DNA from: Octopus vulgaris | Taxonomy: Eukaryota | Direction: 5' to 3' | Assembly: GCA_951406725.2 (NCBI GenBank) | Contig: OX597819.1 | Span: 99,138,001 to 99,202,000, forward strand | Length of the DNA stretch: 64,000 bases | Part shown: piece after piece, positions 40,208 through 52,879 of the stretch | How positions within the stretch are numbered: position 1 is the stretch's first letter | How the letters are laid out: each line of letters starts with the position of its first letter | The notes under the pieces: model-generated | Told to the model about the DNA's origin: nothing | The model's database searches: none | The model's input: only the letters and a program-made list of their open reading frames with translations | Made by a program: the position numbers and the translations under genes

Positions 40208-40397
40208 CAGGGTACTGAGTTCCTCAACAGAGACTTATTTGATACTCACTGTCATTTGTCAGATGTTGCATGTTTAATGCAAGTTTAATACAGGAGAAAA
40301 CACTGGACAGTAGTTTAAACAGGTATAAAACTTGCTACAACTGATGAATGACACTGAGTATTCAATAGATTTGCTGTCAAGAAATCCAGAGTTCTGA
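40208..40397. repeat. Old fold-back with a degenerate hammerhead-like motif
   Basis: atactcactgtcatttgtcag pairs with ctgatgaatgacactgagtat. Right arm: CTGATGA (40341-47), A-TGACA...TGTCA-A, GAAA (40381-84). Confidence 0.6.
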
Positions 40398-41133
40398 TTA
40401 TAAGTGTACCATACCTGTGTCATTTCATAAATTTAGTTCTCTATTTCCAATGACAATGAGTATTACTTCCTTTGCTGTTACACACGTGGTTTGTAAATAT
40501 ATATATATACTAGCCTTGAAGCTGCCCTTTGGGTGGCATTCAGGCTAGCTCCTGTGGAGGACACCTTTGAGGCCTTTGGCCTCACTATCAGGCTGCATTG
40601 CAGCCCTCTACCCTCGTGTAGCATAATGAATTTGGACACATTCATTGTCTGTGTATCTCCTGGTATCAATTATCTGATACTCCATTCCAAACTCCTTACC
40701 TGGCATATATCCACACATTCATACTCATACACTCAATACCTAGACTTCACTCATACCTATACCTAAACCCCGTGTCCCATTAACTTGTTGTTCATTCAAC
40801 ATGTAATGTGAATTCCATCACTGTAACAGTCTGTTGGTGTATCAACCCATGTACTGCTTTCTGCCAGCTTTGCTGATAGACATACAGATAGTTTCTAGTT
40901 TGACTTACAGTTTTCTATAAGACTTACAGCTAAGTTTCTGTGACCAAAGTTGTCTGCTTAACTATTTACCTTCATATCCATTTACCTACTTATATATATA
41001 AAGATATATATATATATGTATTCACCTACATAACTGTCTACTAACAACTGTACTTGTGTATGTATATACTGTGGGTATAGGGGTATCACTACCTTCTATG
41101 TATATTTCCTATTTATTACAGAGGGTGTTTCAT

Positions 41134-41685
41134 TTACTCCTGTATTTGTCTGAGTGATTGGTCCTTCCAGTGCTTGGATTGAATGCAGATGTCAAGTCGG
41201 CCCAGTGTGTCTCCATGTTGGTAGAGAATGGAGGACTGTTTTTTATCGTCATATTGTCTCAAATGTTCATTTAGTCTTTTTGCAATGCTTCCAGATGTCT
41301 CACCAATGTATATCATGTTCTTGTTTTTACAAGCATCCTCTATGCATTTCATACTGTAGACTACATTTCTAGTTCTACAGTTAACACCAGGCTTAATCTT
41401 GCATACCATGCAGTTCTCATTGGTGCATATGGTATTCTCAAAAGGGTACATCGTACATAGTTGTGATCTACTGGAGTGCTGTGGTTTTTCAGTGATATTA
41501 ATGTTGAGTTTGGTCTCCTTCAGAGCTTTCCTAAATCTACAGGCTAGTTTCCCATGGGCTGTGGCCTCTCAGTATTTACATGTTGAAGAAATTTATCTTT
41601 CTACTTGTTCTATCACTCCTAGACATTCCTCAGAATAAGGGAAATAATATGGTTTGCCCACCACTCCTTTTTCCCTTTGAGTAAG
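41134..41685 (-). mobile_element. Penelope-like GIY-YIG endonuclease fragment
   Basis: CTNENCMVC...CRTRNVVYSMKC....C...IYIGETSGSIAKRLNEH. Confidence 0.85.
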
Positions 41686-41689
41686 AAAT

Positions 41690-42470
41690 TTAACCAAGAT
41701 GTTTTTTAGGATTCTGGAGGAGAACTTCCCAAGTAATGCCAAAATTGGCCTCCATTATTGCATCTATAAATAGAAGCAAGTTAAATGAGCAAGTGCATTG
41801 GAGATGTTCTGATGGAAACCCCAGTTCTAGGCAGGTAAGTTTTGATATGCCTAAGGTTAGTGATGCCAACATTTTGCTCCCACCGGGTGTATCGAACCCC
41901 AGTAATGAGAGGTGTGAAGATGTGATTGTGGGAAATCTGACAAGTACTGTTAGTCATAGAAATAAGGTTAGGGATGGCCCTGAGAAATCATGTAATTGTA
42001 GGACTCTGGATTATGTCCCCTTGATGGGTTCTGTCTAATTACTAATGTGATTTATAAATGTATTGTTAAGGATGAGGATAATTTAGATAAGTTTTATATA
42101 GGTAGTACAGTAAATTTTAAGGCTAGGTATAAGGCCCATATGATCTCGTTTTCAAATGAAAAATACTGTAGCTCTACCACACTTGCATCTTATATACACA
42201 ATCTAAAGAGGAATAATAAGAGTTATTCTCTGGAATAGTCCGTTATTTTGAGAGCCCCTTACTTCAGAGTAAACATAAATAAGTGTAAGTTGTGTATAAA
42301 AGAATCCTTTGCCATCCTTAAGTCTTTTGGGCCAAAAACTTTGAATAGATTTACTGAGGTGATCTCTTTTTGCAACCATAGGTTTTTGTCCACCTTTTTG
42401 AAAGTGTATAGAAATAAAAGTAGATGCAAAGCCAGAAATCCGGGATCTATAATTATTCAGTAATTTTTTA
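41690..42470 (+). mobile_element. Second, different Penelope-like GIY-YIG fragment
   Basis: SCNCR..PL.G, IYKC.V....FYIGST..FKARY..H..SF and CKLC..E...I...LN...E.IS.C.H, in one frame with stops. Confidence 0.85.
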
Positions 42471-43207
42471 CTAGTTTCATCTTGTCTCTTTGCTTTCTCT
42501 CCGTGTTGATATATGGACAATTATGGTGGTTTTAGAGTCAGATCATGGCTGCTATCTTCAGCATGGTGGTATCTCGTAGATACCCTACTTTATAATTATA
42601 TATATATATAGATGATGATGATGATATATATACACACACACAATAGGCTTCTTTCAGTTTCCATCTACCAAATCCACTCACAAGGCTTTGGTCAGCCTGA
42701 GGCTATAGTAGAAGACACCTGCCCAAGGTGCAACACAGTGGGACTGAACCCGGAACCATGTGGTTGATAATCAAGCTACTTACCATACAGCCACTCCTGT
42801 GCCTATATATGTCCTTTTAACTTTTGTTGTTTCTGTAACCTAGCAGTTCGGCAAAAAGAGACCGATAGAATAAGTACTAGGCTTACAAAGAGTAAGTCCT
42901 GAGGTCGATTTAGTCGACTAAAAGGCAGTGCTCCAGCATGGCCACAGTCAAATGACTGAAACAAATAAAAGAATAAGAGAATATTTGTGAACATGTGTGT
43001 GTGTGTGAGAGGGAGATAGTGTGTATGTATTAACACAGACATATACTGACTACTTAACCTTATTATTCTTTTGTATATTTATACTTTAGATGAGACGGAA
43101 CCTGAAAGTGATGTGCTTCATAACTCAATATTTGGAAATCTAAAATGGAATCATGGTGCAAAGGAGACTTGGAAAGGAATCAAATAAAGATGTAACTTGG
43201 TACTTAC

Positions 43208-43287
43208 CTATAGAGGTTCCTTCATAGGAAGCTAGTCGACATTCATTGTAAATATCAACGCAGTATTCTTCACATACACTCATTTTA
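43208..43287 (-). CDS. Internal coding exon (80 nt, phase 2 to 1) of the same gene
   Basis: Acceptor ttatttcttccag|T and donor G|gtaagt. GG+T restores Gly. Encodes KMSVCEEYCVDIYNECRLASYEGTSI (C-x3-C-x6-C helix typical of the family). Confidence 0.9.
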
Positions 43288-44694
43288 CTGGAAGAAATAA
43301 TAAAAAAAATCCATGCAATCATAATTTTGTATAACTGTTAGGTTGTCTACCTGTCTGTCTCTCTGTCTATCTGGCTATCTGTTTAGTGGTTGCATGCCAT
43401 GAAAACTTGAGAGAAACAGGGGACTGGACTATATATATATCATCAACATTTAATGTCCGTTTTTCATGCTGGCAAGGGTAGAATAGTTTGAAAGTAAACC
43501 AGTGAGCTTCATGGCTGTGTTGAGCGCCAGTGTCCTCTTTGGTGGGTTTCTATGGCTGGATGTCCTTCCTAATGCCCACCACTATACAGAGTATACAAGG
43601 TGGGTTTTTTTTTGTGCCACTAGCACTAGTGAGGCTGCCATGTAGCTCATAAGACAGAACAGAGAGAAAAAAAGGAAATGGAAAAAGCTCCCACCACTAA
43701 GAAAATGTATTTGGGAGAGGAAGTTGGAGGTGGGTGGTTGTATGCCAGGTGCTGAAAGACAAGCAGAAGTGTTTTGTTATAGAGGAGATACATGACTGAA
43801 GGAGATAAGAGGAAAGTAGTGATGGAGTGCTAGAGCAAATTCTCAAGGAATAAGAAAGAAAGCATAAGGGATGAAACAGATAGTGGGTCATGGGAGGAAA
43901 TGAGAGTGGATGCTTTCAGAAGAATGTGAGGGAGAAGCAAACAAGTGGCCGGAGAGGTTAAAGTTGTGAGTGATAAACAATGGTGGTGGTACAGATGATG
44001 GGAAATACCAGTGTGTAGAAGGGTGAGGTGGGAGATATAGGAATGGTTCAGGAAGAAGAATGGAGCAGAAAGTAGTGGGATGATGTGCAAAGTGTAGGAG
44101 CTGTGGAAAGGGAGAAATAGGGATACATTAGGGGCTATATTAGATGACACCTAACAGCAGATATGGGAGGGTATTGAGAATGATAGCAGGTAAGAGATTT
44201 GTTTAGAATGGATTGGAGCAGAGCGGGGAGAGAGCAGTGACTGAAGGCATAGAAAGAAGGGGATCGACTGAAATAGTGTGGGTTGGGTTGATGAGGAATG
44301 GAAGTAGTTCCAGGAATGAAGAGATGGTTTGGGAAGGGATGTAATATGTGCTGATACTTCTTTCAGATGAGTGCAACAGCCAAATAGTACCACAGATGGG
44401 AAAGAGGATGAAATCTTAAAAACACCAAAACATTTCAAATCGATAATTTTTTTCTAGCAGTTAAACATGTCAATAAGTCACTAATTCCCCTCCCTCCACC
44501 TACACCATAAACTGTCACCATAATATATTATAAAAATACACTTTCACATCTTTATGCTAAACAACTATTCTACAAATTATCTAAAAGTTTCCCTGTCTCC
44601 AACCCAAATCCTCACAAAATATTTTCTAATATAATTGCAGAAACCCACATATACATGCATAAAAAGTATATGTTTATATGCAAGTTAAGTTGTA

Positions 44695-45421
44695 GGAGCT
44701 TTTCAGTTTGGCTGCCAATTTTCGAAAATTCCAAGTTTATTGAAAATTTTAAAATTTGGTACATTAATGCAGTTTTCCTAGCTGAATCTCAGGAGATATT
44801 TCACTTTTTCCAGAAAAAGTTAAAAAAAAAAGTTATAGATGTTTAAAGTTTGATAATTTTCCCCCAGTCAGAAAACAGGATTTGGAAGCTGTCATTGTGT
44901 GCATGACAACATGTGTTATCAATTGTAAACAAGTGAAATTCTGCTTTATGCATGTCATATAATCCCACATAGATTTAAAAAAATTTTTGGAATTTTCAGA
45001 AATTTTTTGCAAATTTGTATTCTACACATGGGAATTCATACGATAATCCAAAAATAAAACAAAAGAGTTTTTGGTGTGTGATTTAAGGCCTATTTGGCTG
45101 ATATTTCTAGCACATCTGATAACTATCTCAATGAGTGGAATATATTTGTCAACTTGTGCTTTCTTACAGACAAAAGAGTTCTTAAGTTTGGTTTGTTATT
45201 ATGGAGACAGGCATGAATGTGTCTGTGGCTTAAGGTTGGCTAAAATTACCCAAAATTTGCAAACTTTAAAAGCTAATAATTTTTTATTTATCAATTTAAT
45301 GCAAAAATGAATTTCAGTGCAGGGATTAGCACACAAAAAACCACATCATTACACCTAATATGAAACCAATTTGAGCAGGAATTCACGAGATTGAAAACTG
45401 GCAGCCAAACAGAAAAGATCC
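44695..45421. mobile_element. Non-autonomous DNA transposon, Merlin-like
   Basis: 29-bp TIRs GGAGCTTTTCAGTTTGGCTGCCAATTTTC / GGATCTTTTCTGTTTGGCTGCCAGTTTTC (reverse complement) and a perfect 8-bp TSD AAGTTGTA (44687-94, 45422-29). Confidence 0.85.
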
Positions 45422-45842
45422 AAGTTGTAAGAACCTTTTCTTTTATAATCCTTTTTAACTTTTCCTTTCATTTCTTTTTAAAATTTTAAATTCTAAAGTG
45501 TTTAATTTTTAAATTATTTATTTTCTTCTCATTTTTATACCTGAATATATACACTGCCTTTATGATAATACCCCACTTTTGGATATATCCAGAAACCTAA
45601 AAGAACGTAAATTACCAATATTTGAACAGAATTGCAGAAGTAAAATTGAACAGAAATACCTCCCACAAACTCATCCTCCATAAAATACAAAAATTAAAAT
45701 TTCTATATATTATGGCATTAGGAAGGGCATCCAGCTATAGAAACACTGCCAGATCAGATTGGAGCCTGGTGTAGCCATCTGGTTCACCAGACCTCAGTCA
45801 AATCATTCAACCTATGCTAGCATGCAAAGCGGACATTAAAAA

Positions 45843-45889
<47 letters not shown>

Positions 45890-47328
45890 AATGATGAAAT
45901 TGCTTACAGAACAATGAGCACCTGGAAAAAACATACAGGTCAACAGCGTCTACACCTAACCAAATCCTTTTCTGAACATTAAAATATAAGAGAAATTTTT
46001 TTTTTTACTCACAACATCATGACATGCCTGACTAATAACCACCACCTTCTAAATGAATAGGAAATACCCTAAGTAATAACAACAACAACAAATAAAGCAA
46101 CTGACCAGCATAAACATACATAAATTCTTATTGTCCTCCCAAACAATTCCTATAAAATAAGTTGATACACCCAGTTATTATGCTTTTAAATACTGGACCT
46201 TTATGTTGTCAAGCGAAGGATTAAATCTGATAAAACCCAAAATAGTTAACTACTTACACCCACTGTACCTATCTGACAAAGGGACACACCTATACATACA
46301 CACTTGTTTACCTAAATTCTAAACAATAACTTAACCTTAAATTTAACCTATAAATAATAAACATTTCTCCAAAATGCCTCTCCATAACAACCTATCCTAA
46401 AACCTAGTTACCATCCCACTCAAACCCACATGCCCTAGGAAGACTTTAACCCAACAGAGACTATATAGAGCCAATATTAATATCTAATATATCACAGTCC
46501 AACAATGGCTTAGTTGACCCAAAACTTCAAAGTAAACTGCCAACAATATTCTTGTTTAGGAATAAACTTGTACTCTACAAAAGTATAGAAAAAAACCCCT
46601 CTGATTAATGTGAAATTGTTTTTATTATAACTAAACATGAAAACAAACATTAACACATGCATGCACACACACACACACACACACAAATGCACACGTATAC
46701 ACACACATACGTGTATATATGTATGCATATATATATACATATCTATATCTATATCATCTATCTACATATATATATATATATATATGTATGCATATCATCA
46801 TCATTTTATGTGCCTTTTCCATGCTGGCACAGATTGGACAGTGTGACATGGAGTTGGCCAGCTGAGGAGCTGTCCGCATTCCAATCACCTGTTTTGGCAT
46901 GTTTTTATGGCTGGATGCCCTTCCTAACTCCAACCACTTTACAGAGTGAGTTGGGTGCTTTTTACTTGCCACTAATACATACTTACACACAAATACACAC
47001 ACACACATATGTTAGGCATCTTTCAGGTTCCATCTATCCTGTATCTACTCACAAAGCTTTAGTTATCCCAGGGCTACAGGAGAAGACACTTGTTCAAAGT
47101 ACTGTGCAGTAGGATTGAATCAAAGTCTCTGTGGATGGGAAGCAAATTTCTTAATCGTACAGCAATGTCTGCATCTGCTTTAACAATAACTAATTTCAGA
47201 AATTTAGTTATTTAGTTTACAAAGCTTGTAAAATTAAATTTTCTTACCACATATAAATAAAATACCCACTACCTCACCCAGAGGGTGAATCCTATATTTA
47301 GTCTAAAAGCAGCATGATGATACACTTA

Positions 47329-47706
47329 CACTACCGTCAGAAATTAATTAGCACCCTTGATTTGCTCTTCACTCAAGGTATGTGCTGTCACCTAGTGGCC
47401 ATATCTCGAACTATTGCTTTGTTGCGAGTTCACTGTTGCGCAGAACGATGACGTAACTTTGTTTGCAGAGCAGTTTGAGAGTCTACAGCCTTATGATGTT
47501 GACATAGCAGTGCAACAACAACTTGGAGTGCGGATGCAGACAAATTCCTTTGTTTAATAGATATAGGTAGCGCCTCGCAAGGACCGAAATCACACCATAC
47601 TAAGTTTTCTCATCACGTAAGACGTTTTGAACAGCTCATAGGTTAATTGATTTAACCTGTTTAATGTAGAAATTTGAGAAGTGCTAATTAATTTCTGACG
47701 CAAGTG
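47329..47706 (+). mobile_element. Tc1 deletion derivative (MITE) of the element at 58298
   Basis: TA|cactaccgtcagaaattaattagcac...gtgctaattaatttctgacgcaagtg|TA. The first ~325 bp are nearly identical to 58298-58624. Confidence 0.95.
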
Positions 47707-48532
47707 TACATTACATCTCTCATAGCAATGGTTGTTATTTATGCTTTGAAAGAATAAATATGGACCTTAACTGTAATAAGGCTTCTGCATGTGAAGGTGC
47801 ATGGCTCAGTGGTTAAAGCATCGAGCTAACAATCACGAGGTAGCTAGTTCGATGCCTGGACTGGGCTGTGTGTTGTGCTCTTGAGTAGGACACTTTATTT
47901 CCTGTTACTTCAGTTCACTCAGCTGTAGAAATGAGTTGCGACATCACTGGTGCCAAGCTGTATTGGGGTTTACCTTTCCCTCGGATAACATCGATGGCAT
48001 TGAGAAAAGAGGCAGGTATGCATGGGCAAACTGCTGGCCTTCCATAAACAACCTTGCCTGGACTTGTGCCATGGAGGATAATTTTCTAGGTGCAATCCCA
48101 TGGTCATTTATGACAGAAGGGGGTCTTTACCCTCCTCATATACAATATTCTACCTATTCAGATAAGTGTATCCATAGTTAGGTGTAGTTATTGTGAAGTA
48201 TGTGTTTTTTAAAAGCCACTACTGTTGTTATTTAGCCTCAGGTCAGCTCTGATCAAGCAAAGCTATCATCAGATAGATTCAAGCCAAGACCACTCAATCA
48301 ATTTATTTTTGTCACATAGAGCTATATCACCAAATAAATACTTTCTTTTTCCTTTTTAAAGATGGCAAGATGGAAATTATATAAACTAAAGACGTTTAGC
48401 TCCTATTTCCAGCAGAAAAATGACTCCTTGTTCTTGGTTTGTAATTGTAATAAATGTAGTCTCTCTTGTTAACCTGTAGTAGTAGTAGTAGTATTAGTAG
48501 TAGTAGTGGTAGTGGTGGTGGTGGTTGTGGTG

Positions 48533-48581
<49 letters not shown>

Positions 48582-48835
48582 ATACTGTTTACCTCCAAAT
48601 CAGCCTTGACCCACCAAATCTATCATCAAAATTAGTCCAGCCACTTCTATCTGGTCTCTTTCCTAAGGCATAGCATGTCTAGTGTTAAATTATCAAATGT
48701 GCCACTTTTTTTTACAAGATGGTAAGGTGAGATACGAAGGTAATTTGTTTCAATTTTTTAGTAATCAAGTAACCATGTAGCAGCTTATTCTTTATCAGTT
48801 TACAATAATAAATAAAAAGGGTTGATTACACTTAC

Positions 48836-49037
48836 CCATGGTACCAAATACCCTGTTCTGGACTACAGAAGTAGCACATTAAGTAATTCATACGGTTCAT
48901 ACAAGCTTTAGATGCCCCATATAAAGGGTACATGTTACTGAACACAGATGTCACTTCGGTCCGCTTGCAACATGCATTTGGGGCATACCAAGAGCAGTTA
49001 ACCAGACCATGCTGTGGTTCAGGAAATCTGCGTGGAT
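48836..49037 (-). CDS. Internal coding exon (202 nt, phase 1 to 2) of a folate-receptor/riboflavin-binding-like Cys-rich protein
   Basis: Acceptor tctttactttcag|AT and donor GG|gtaag. Encodes PRRFPEPQHGLVNCSWYAPNACCKRTEV...KACMNRMNYLMCYFCSPEQGIWYHG, matching the C-x-W/Y...CC and C-Y-x-C-S-P pattern of the Folate_rec family. Confidence 0.9.
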
Positions 49038-49483
49038 CTGAAAGTAAAGAAAAAAGAAATAATATTAATAATAATAATGGCTTCAAATTTAGATACAAGG
49101 CGAGCAATTTCAGGGAGAGGATAAGTCAATTATATTGACCTCAAAAGAATGAAAGGTTAAGTCGTTTTCTGCGGTATTTGAATTCAGAATTCAAAGATGG
49201 ATAAAATGCTGCAGAGCATTTTGCCAGGTGAACTAATGATTTTGGTAGCTCACCACCTTAAAAATAATAATAATAATAGTTCTTTCTACTATAGGCGCAT
49301 GGCTTGAAATGTTGGGGAAGGGAACAAGTTGATTATATTGACCTCAGAACTTTACTATTACTGAATTTATCAAACCTGGAAGGATGAAAGAAGTTAACCT
49401 TAGCAGAATTTGAACTCAGAATGTAAAGATGGATGAAATGCCATGAAGCATTTTGCCCAGTCAACACCGACAGAATGATCCAG

Positions 49484-49965
49484 GCTAATTGACCAGGCAT
49501 AGTCATTAAAGACATGGAAGAAAATACTTGTAGCTTAAGTGTTCCTACTGATAAAGATATATCTGTAAAGGAATTTGATGAATTAAGTAAATATAAGGAC
49601 CTGGAAATTGAAATATGAAAGATGTGGCATCTTAAAATGAGAACTGTTCCAGTTATTGTGGGTGCTCTAGGTATGATAAGAAAGAGATGTCAGAAACATC
49701 TAAATAATATCTCAGGAAAACCACATCTCAGAGAAATCCAAAAGATTGTGCTGACAAGTACTGCCCACATCCTAAGAAAAACTCTATCAATTTAAATGTA
49801 TGTGTTGTGTTGCACGAAGACTTTTTACTACCCCTGCCACTTCCCCTCCTCAAGCTTTCAGTTATACTATAACATCTCTTACCTTTCACTTGCCTTAGGA
49901 TGCTGGGCATGTCTTGGCAAGTGATTGTAACCAACATGAAGGTTAAAAGTAAATAATAATAATAA
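49484..49965 (+). mobile_element. R4/Dong-type LINE 3' fragment (restriction-like endonuclease, UTR, (TAA)n tail)
   Basis: AN*PGIVI...KE..ELSKYKDL..EI..MW....TVPVIVGALG...IQKIVLTSTAHILRK.L*, then an AAT repeat. Confidence 0.85.
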
Positions 49966-50486
49966 ACCTTTCTACTATAGGCACAAGGCCTGAAATTTTT
50001 TGAGGAGGAGACTAGTTGATTATTTCGACCTCAGTACTTGATTGATACTTAATTAATCAACTTCAAAAGGATCAAATGCAAAGTTGACTTAGGCGGAATT
50101 TGAACTCAGAACGTAGTGCTGAGTGAAATATCACTAAGCATTTCGTCCATCATGCTAATGATTCTGTCAGCTCATCACCTTAGTAATAATAGTAATAATA
50201 ATAATAATAATAATAATTATGAGAGCACTCAGAGAGCATAAACCTCAGTCAAGGCAACACCAACAGCTGCTCAACGATTAGCCAGAGATGATTTTTAAAA
50301 TGAGAATATCTGAAATAAACTCGACTGCTCTCACAAACAATAATACTAAAAATAAACTGGACTGCTCTCAAAAATTAAGTAAAAAAAAAAACAGAAAAAT
50401 AATCCAGAATCCTAGTCTGGTACCTGTTTGATTCCCAATGGTAGTCATGGAATATGAAGGTGGGTATGCAGGCCATGATTATAATG

Positions 50487-50524
<38 letters not shown>

Positions 50525-50525
<1 letters not shown>

Positions 50526-50715
50526 GTCTGCAGTTTTCTTTATGAAGGCCTTTTTTAGTCTATCCACTGATATAGTGTCTTTACCACCATTAAGGTCTAT
50601 AGTGAAAAATTTATCCATGCATGAAAGAGAACAGAAAGAACCTGCATACGGTGCTGTTAATGGAGGTTTAACATCCTTGCACACAAAAATGTGAGTCCAA
50701 GAAGTAAAGATTCCT
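50525..50715 (-). mobile_element. Gypsy integrase C-terminal (GPY/F) fragment
   Basis: VKPPLTAPYAGSF....DKFFTIDLNGGKDTISVDRLKKAF. Confidence 0.75.
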
Positions 50716-51095
50716 TCAAGGCAGAGCTAGAAATGCAATTGTCAAGTAGGTAAGAAGTTTTAAACAGAAGTGATATATTCAAAATTGGTAAAACTAAAAA
50801 TTGTTGAGGATAGATTAAATTTATCATTGTTACTGAATACGTTAGTGTTATTTAATCTCTGAATGGCTTTGCTGCCATTTGTTTATGTAGTTTGATTTCT
50901 TTATCCATCAGTTTCTACTAAGAAAGAGATATGAGTAAAATTAATACCAGAGAAATGAAAATAAAACTTTGAAAACAGCAACACCACCATAATTATGTGG
51001 AAACCATGAGCGTGCTTTCAAGGGAGATAATCAGAGAAAGACTTGAAAATCAACATTAGATCATAATACTTCATGTAAAGTAAATATAAAGCAAG

Positions 51096-51285
51096 TAATC
51101 CAGAATCCTTGTCAGGTACTGGGTTGATCCCAAAATCTAGTTAGTTCGTGCCAGTCATAAGGTCAAACATACCTGAAAAAGTTTCATAGAATCCATCCAG
51201 TGGTTCTTGAGATATCTTGTCCATGGACAAACAAACAAACATGACTGAAAGCAATACCTCCACCTTAGAGAAGGTGGAGGTAATA
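51096..51285. mobile_element. Helentron/HINE-like repeat fragment, with a related piece at 50220-50440
   Basis: Terminal hairpin TACCTCCACC-ttagagaa-GGTGGAGGTA beside a (CAAA)n microsatellite. The aatccagaatcct motif is shared with 50401. Confidence 0.45.
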
Positions 51286-51624
51286 AGGGCCTGCAACACT
51301 GATATTGATACAGATATGATACATCAGTGTGAAGGCGCATGGCTCAGTGGTTAGAGCATGAGGTTGTGAGTTCGAATCCTGGACTGGACTGTGTTGTGTT
51401 CTTGAGCAAGACACTTTATTTCACATTGCTCCAGTTTACTCAACTGTAGAAATGAGTTGCGATGTCAGCTGTATCAACCTTTGCCTTTCCCTTGGATAAC
51501 ATCGGTGGCATAGAGAGGGGAGGTTGGTATGCAAGGGTGACTGCTGGCCTTCCACAAACAACCTTGCCTGGACTTGTTCTTGGGAGGGTAACTTTCTAGG
51601 TGCAATCCCATGGTCCTAGCTATG

Positions 51625-51915
51625 ATCCATCAGTGGTTGGCTGCTGCATCAGAAATGACTTAGGATCAGTGTCTACCCACCAGAAACTGCCAAGCAAGCA
51701 TTCCTAAAAATGTTACTGATCCTGCCTGCCACTTTTGTCATGTAACCAGGGAAACAATTGATCACATTATATCTGGATACTCTATGCTAGCCTCAGATGA
51801 ATATATTAATCAACATGAGAGACTTGACCAGTATTTGAGCTCGATCATATGCCATTAGTCTGGGCTCCCATTTGAGAGGAACTGTGAGAATATAAACCTG
51901 CGAAAGTAGCAGAAA
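51625..51915 (+). mobile_element. R4/Dong-type LINE zinc-knuckle fragment
   Basis: DQCLPTRN...DPACHFCHVTRETIDHIISG.S.LASDEYINQH. Confidence 0.78.
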
Positions 51916-52879
51916 AAAAATATCACTGTACTTTGGGATTTTAGTTTTGCACTCATATTGTTTTCTTCCCCCTCTCCTTGAAGACATGTAGCCAAGTTCT
52001 TAGGGTGTTCAGGTCATAATCTTATGATCATGTTTTTCTTGCAACAGTTAATTTGTAGCTATTCAAAAGGGATGTTAACCTTGTTGATTCTACTAGTCTA
52101 AGAATACTTGTGAAGGCTATAGACACAAATTTTCCTTCTAGACATGGTTGAAAAAAATAAAAAATAAATAAAACCAACAAAATACAGCTTGCTTGTCCAG
52201 GTTGCTATTAGTCTTTACTTCAGTATGTCTATAGCATACTTGAGCATTTTCACAGACTAATGTCTCACTTAGTTCAACTAATACTGTACTTGATACCTCT
52301 ATTTGATACATATATCATGGTGCATCTATCTAATATATATCCTAAATTGTTATATAATCATTGTTCTATGTTTGCATGCATGTTGGTTAGCTTATCAGTT
52401 AGAGCAATTTGTTGCTTAAAAACAAAAAACAAAAAAAAAAAAAAAAAAAACTGGTATGGTTCCGTCAGTTAACAACTCAACTGTGAATAATGAAACAAAC
52501 ACCTGTTTGATGTGTTAGTCAGGCAGTCTAGTACATGATAAACAAACTATCATTTTCTTGTGAACATAATGACATTGCATGTTCTCAAATTACAACCATG
52601 TGGATAATCTCATATCCAGTCATCTCCATTACTAAACAAGTTCAATAAGTCTAATTTTCCTGAAATTAAATAAAATAATGATGAAAATACACATGATGAA
52701 CAAAATGAATAATGATGGACTCTCCTGTCGAAGTGTTCAGATTTTGCTGAATGACCTGCACAAGGATTTGTTTATAGTGATGAAATACATGTTCTGTACA
52801 TTAGCTCACTTCCTCCATTAAATCGATGTTGCCCAAACAGGTGAATGGCATACCACATGTCAGATGTCAAAGTGATCGC

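Noticed and set aside
51793-51987. Minus-strand ORF with a good-looking acceptor (tttcgcag)
   Set aside because: It is the antisense of an R4/Dong zinc-knuckle fragment.
52503-52659. Candidate upstream exon (tttaatttcag...aacag|gt)
   Set aside because: Stops occur in all three frames, it encodes no signal peptide and the donor is weak. It is at most a non-coding exon.
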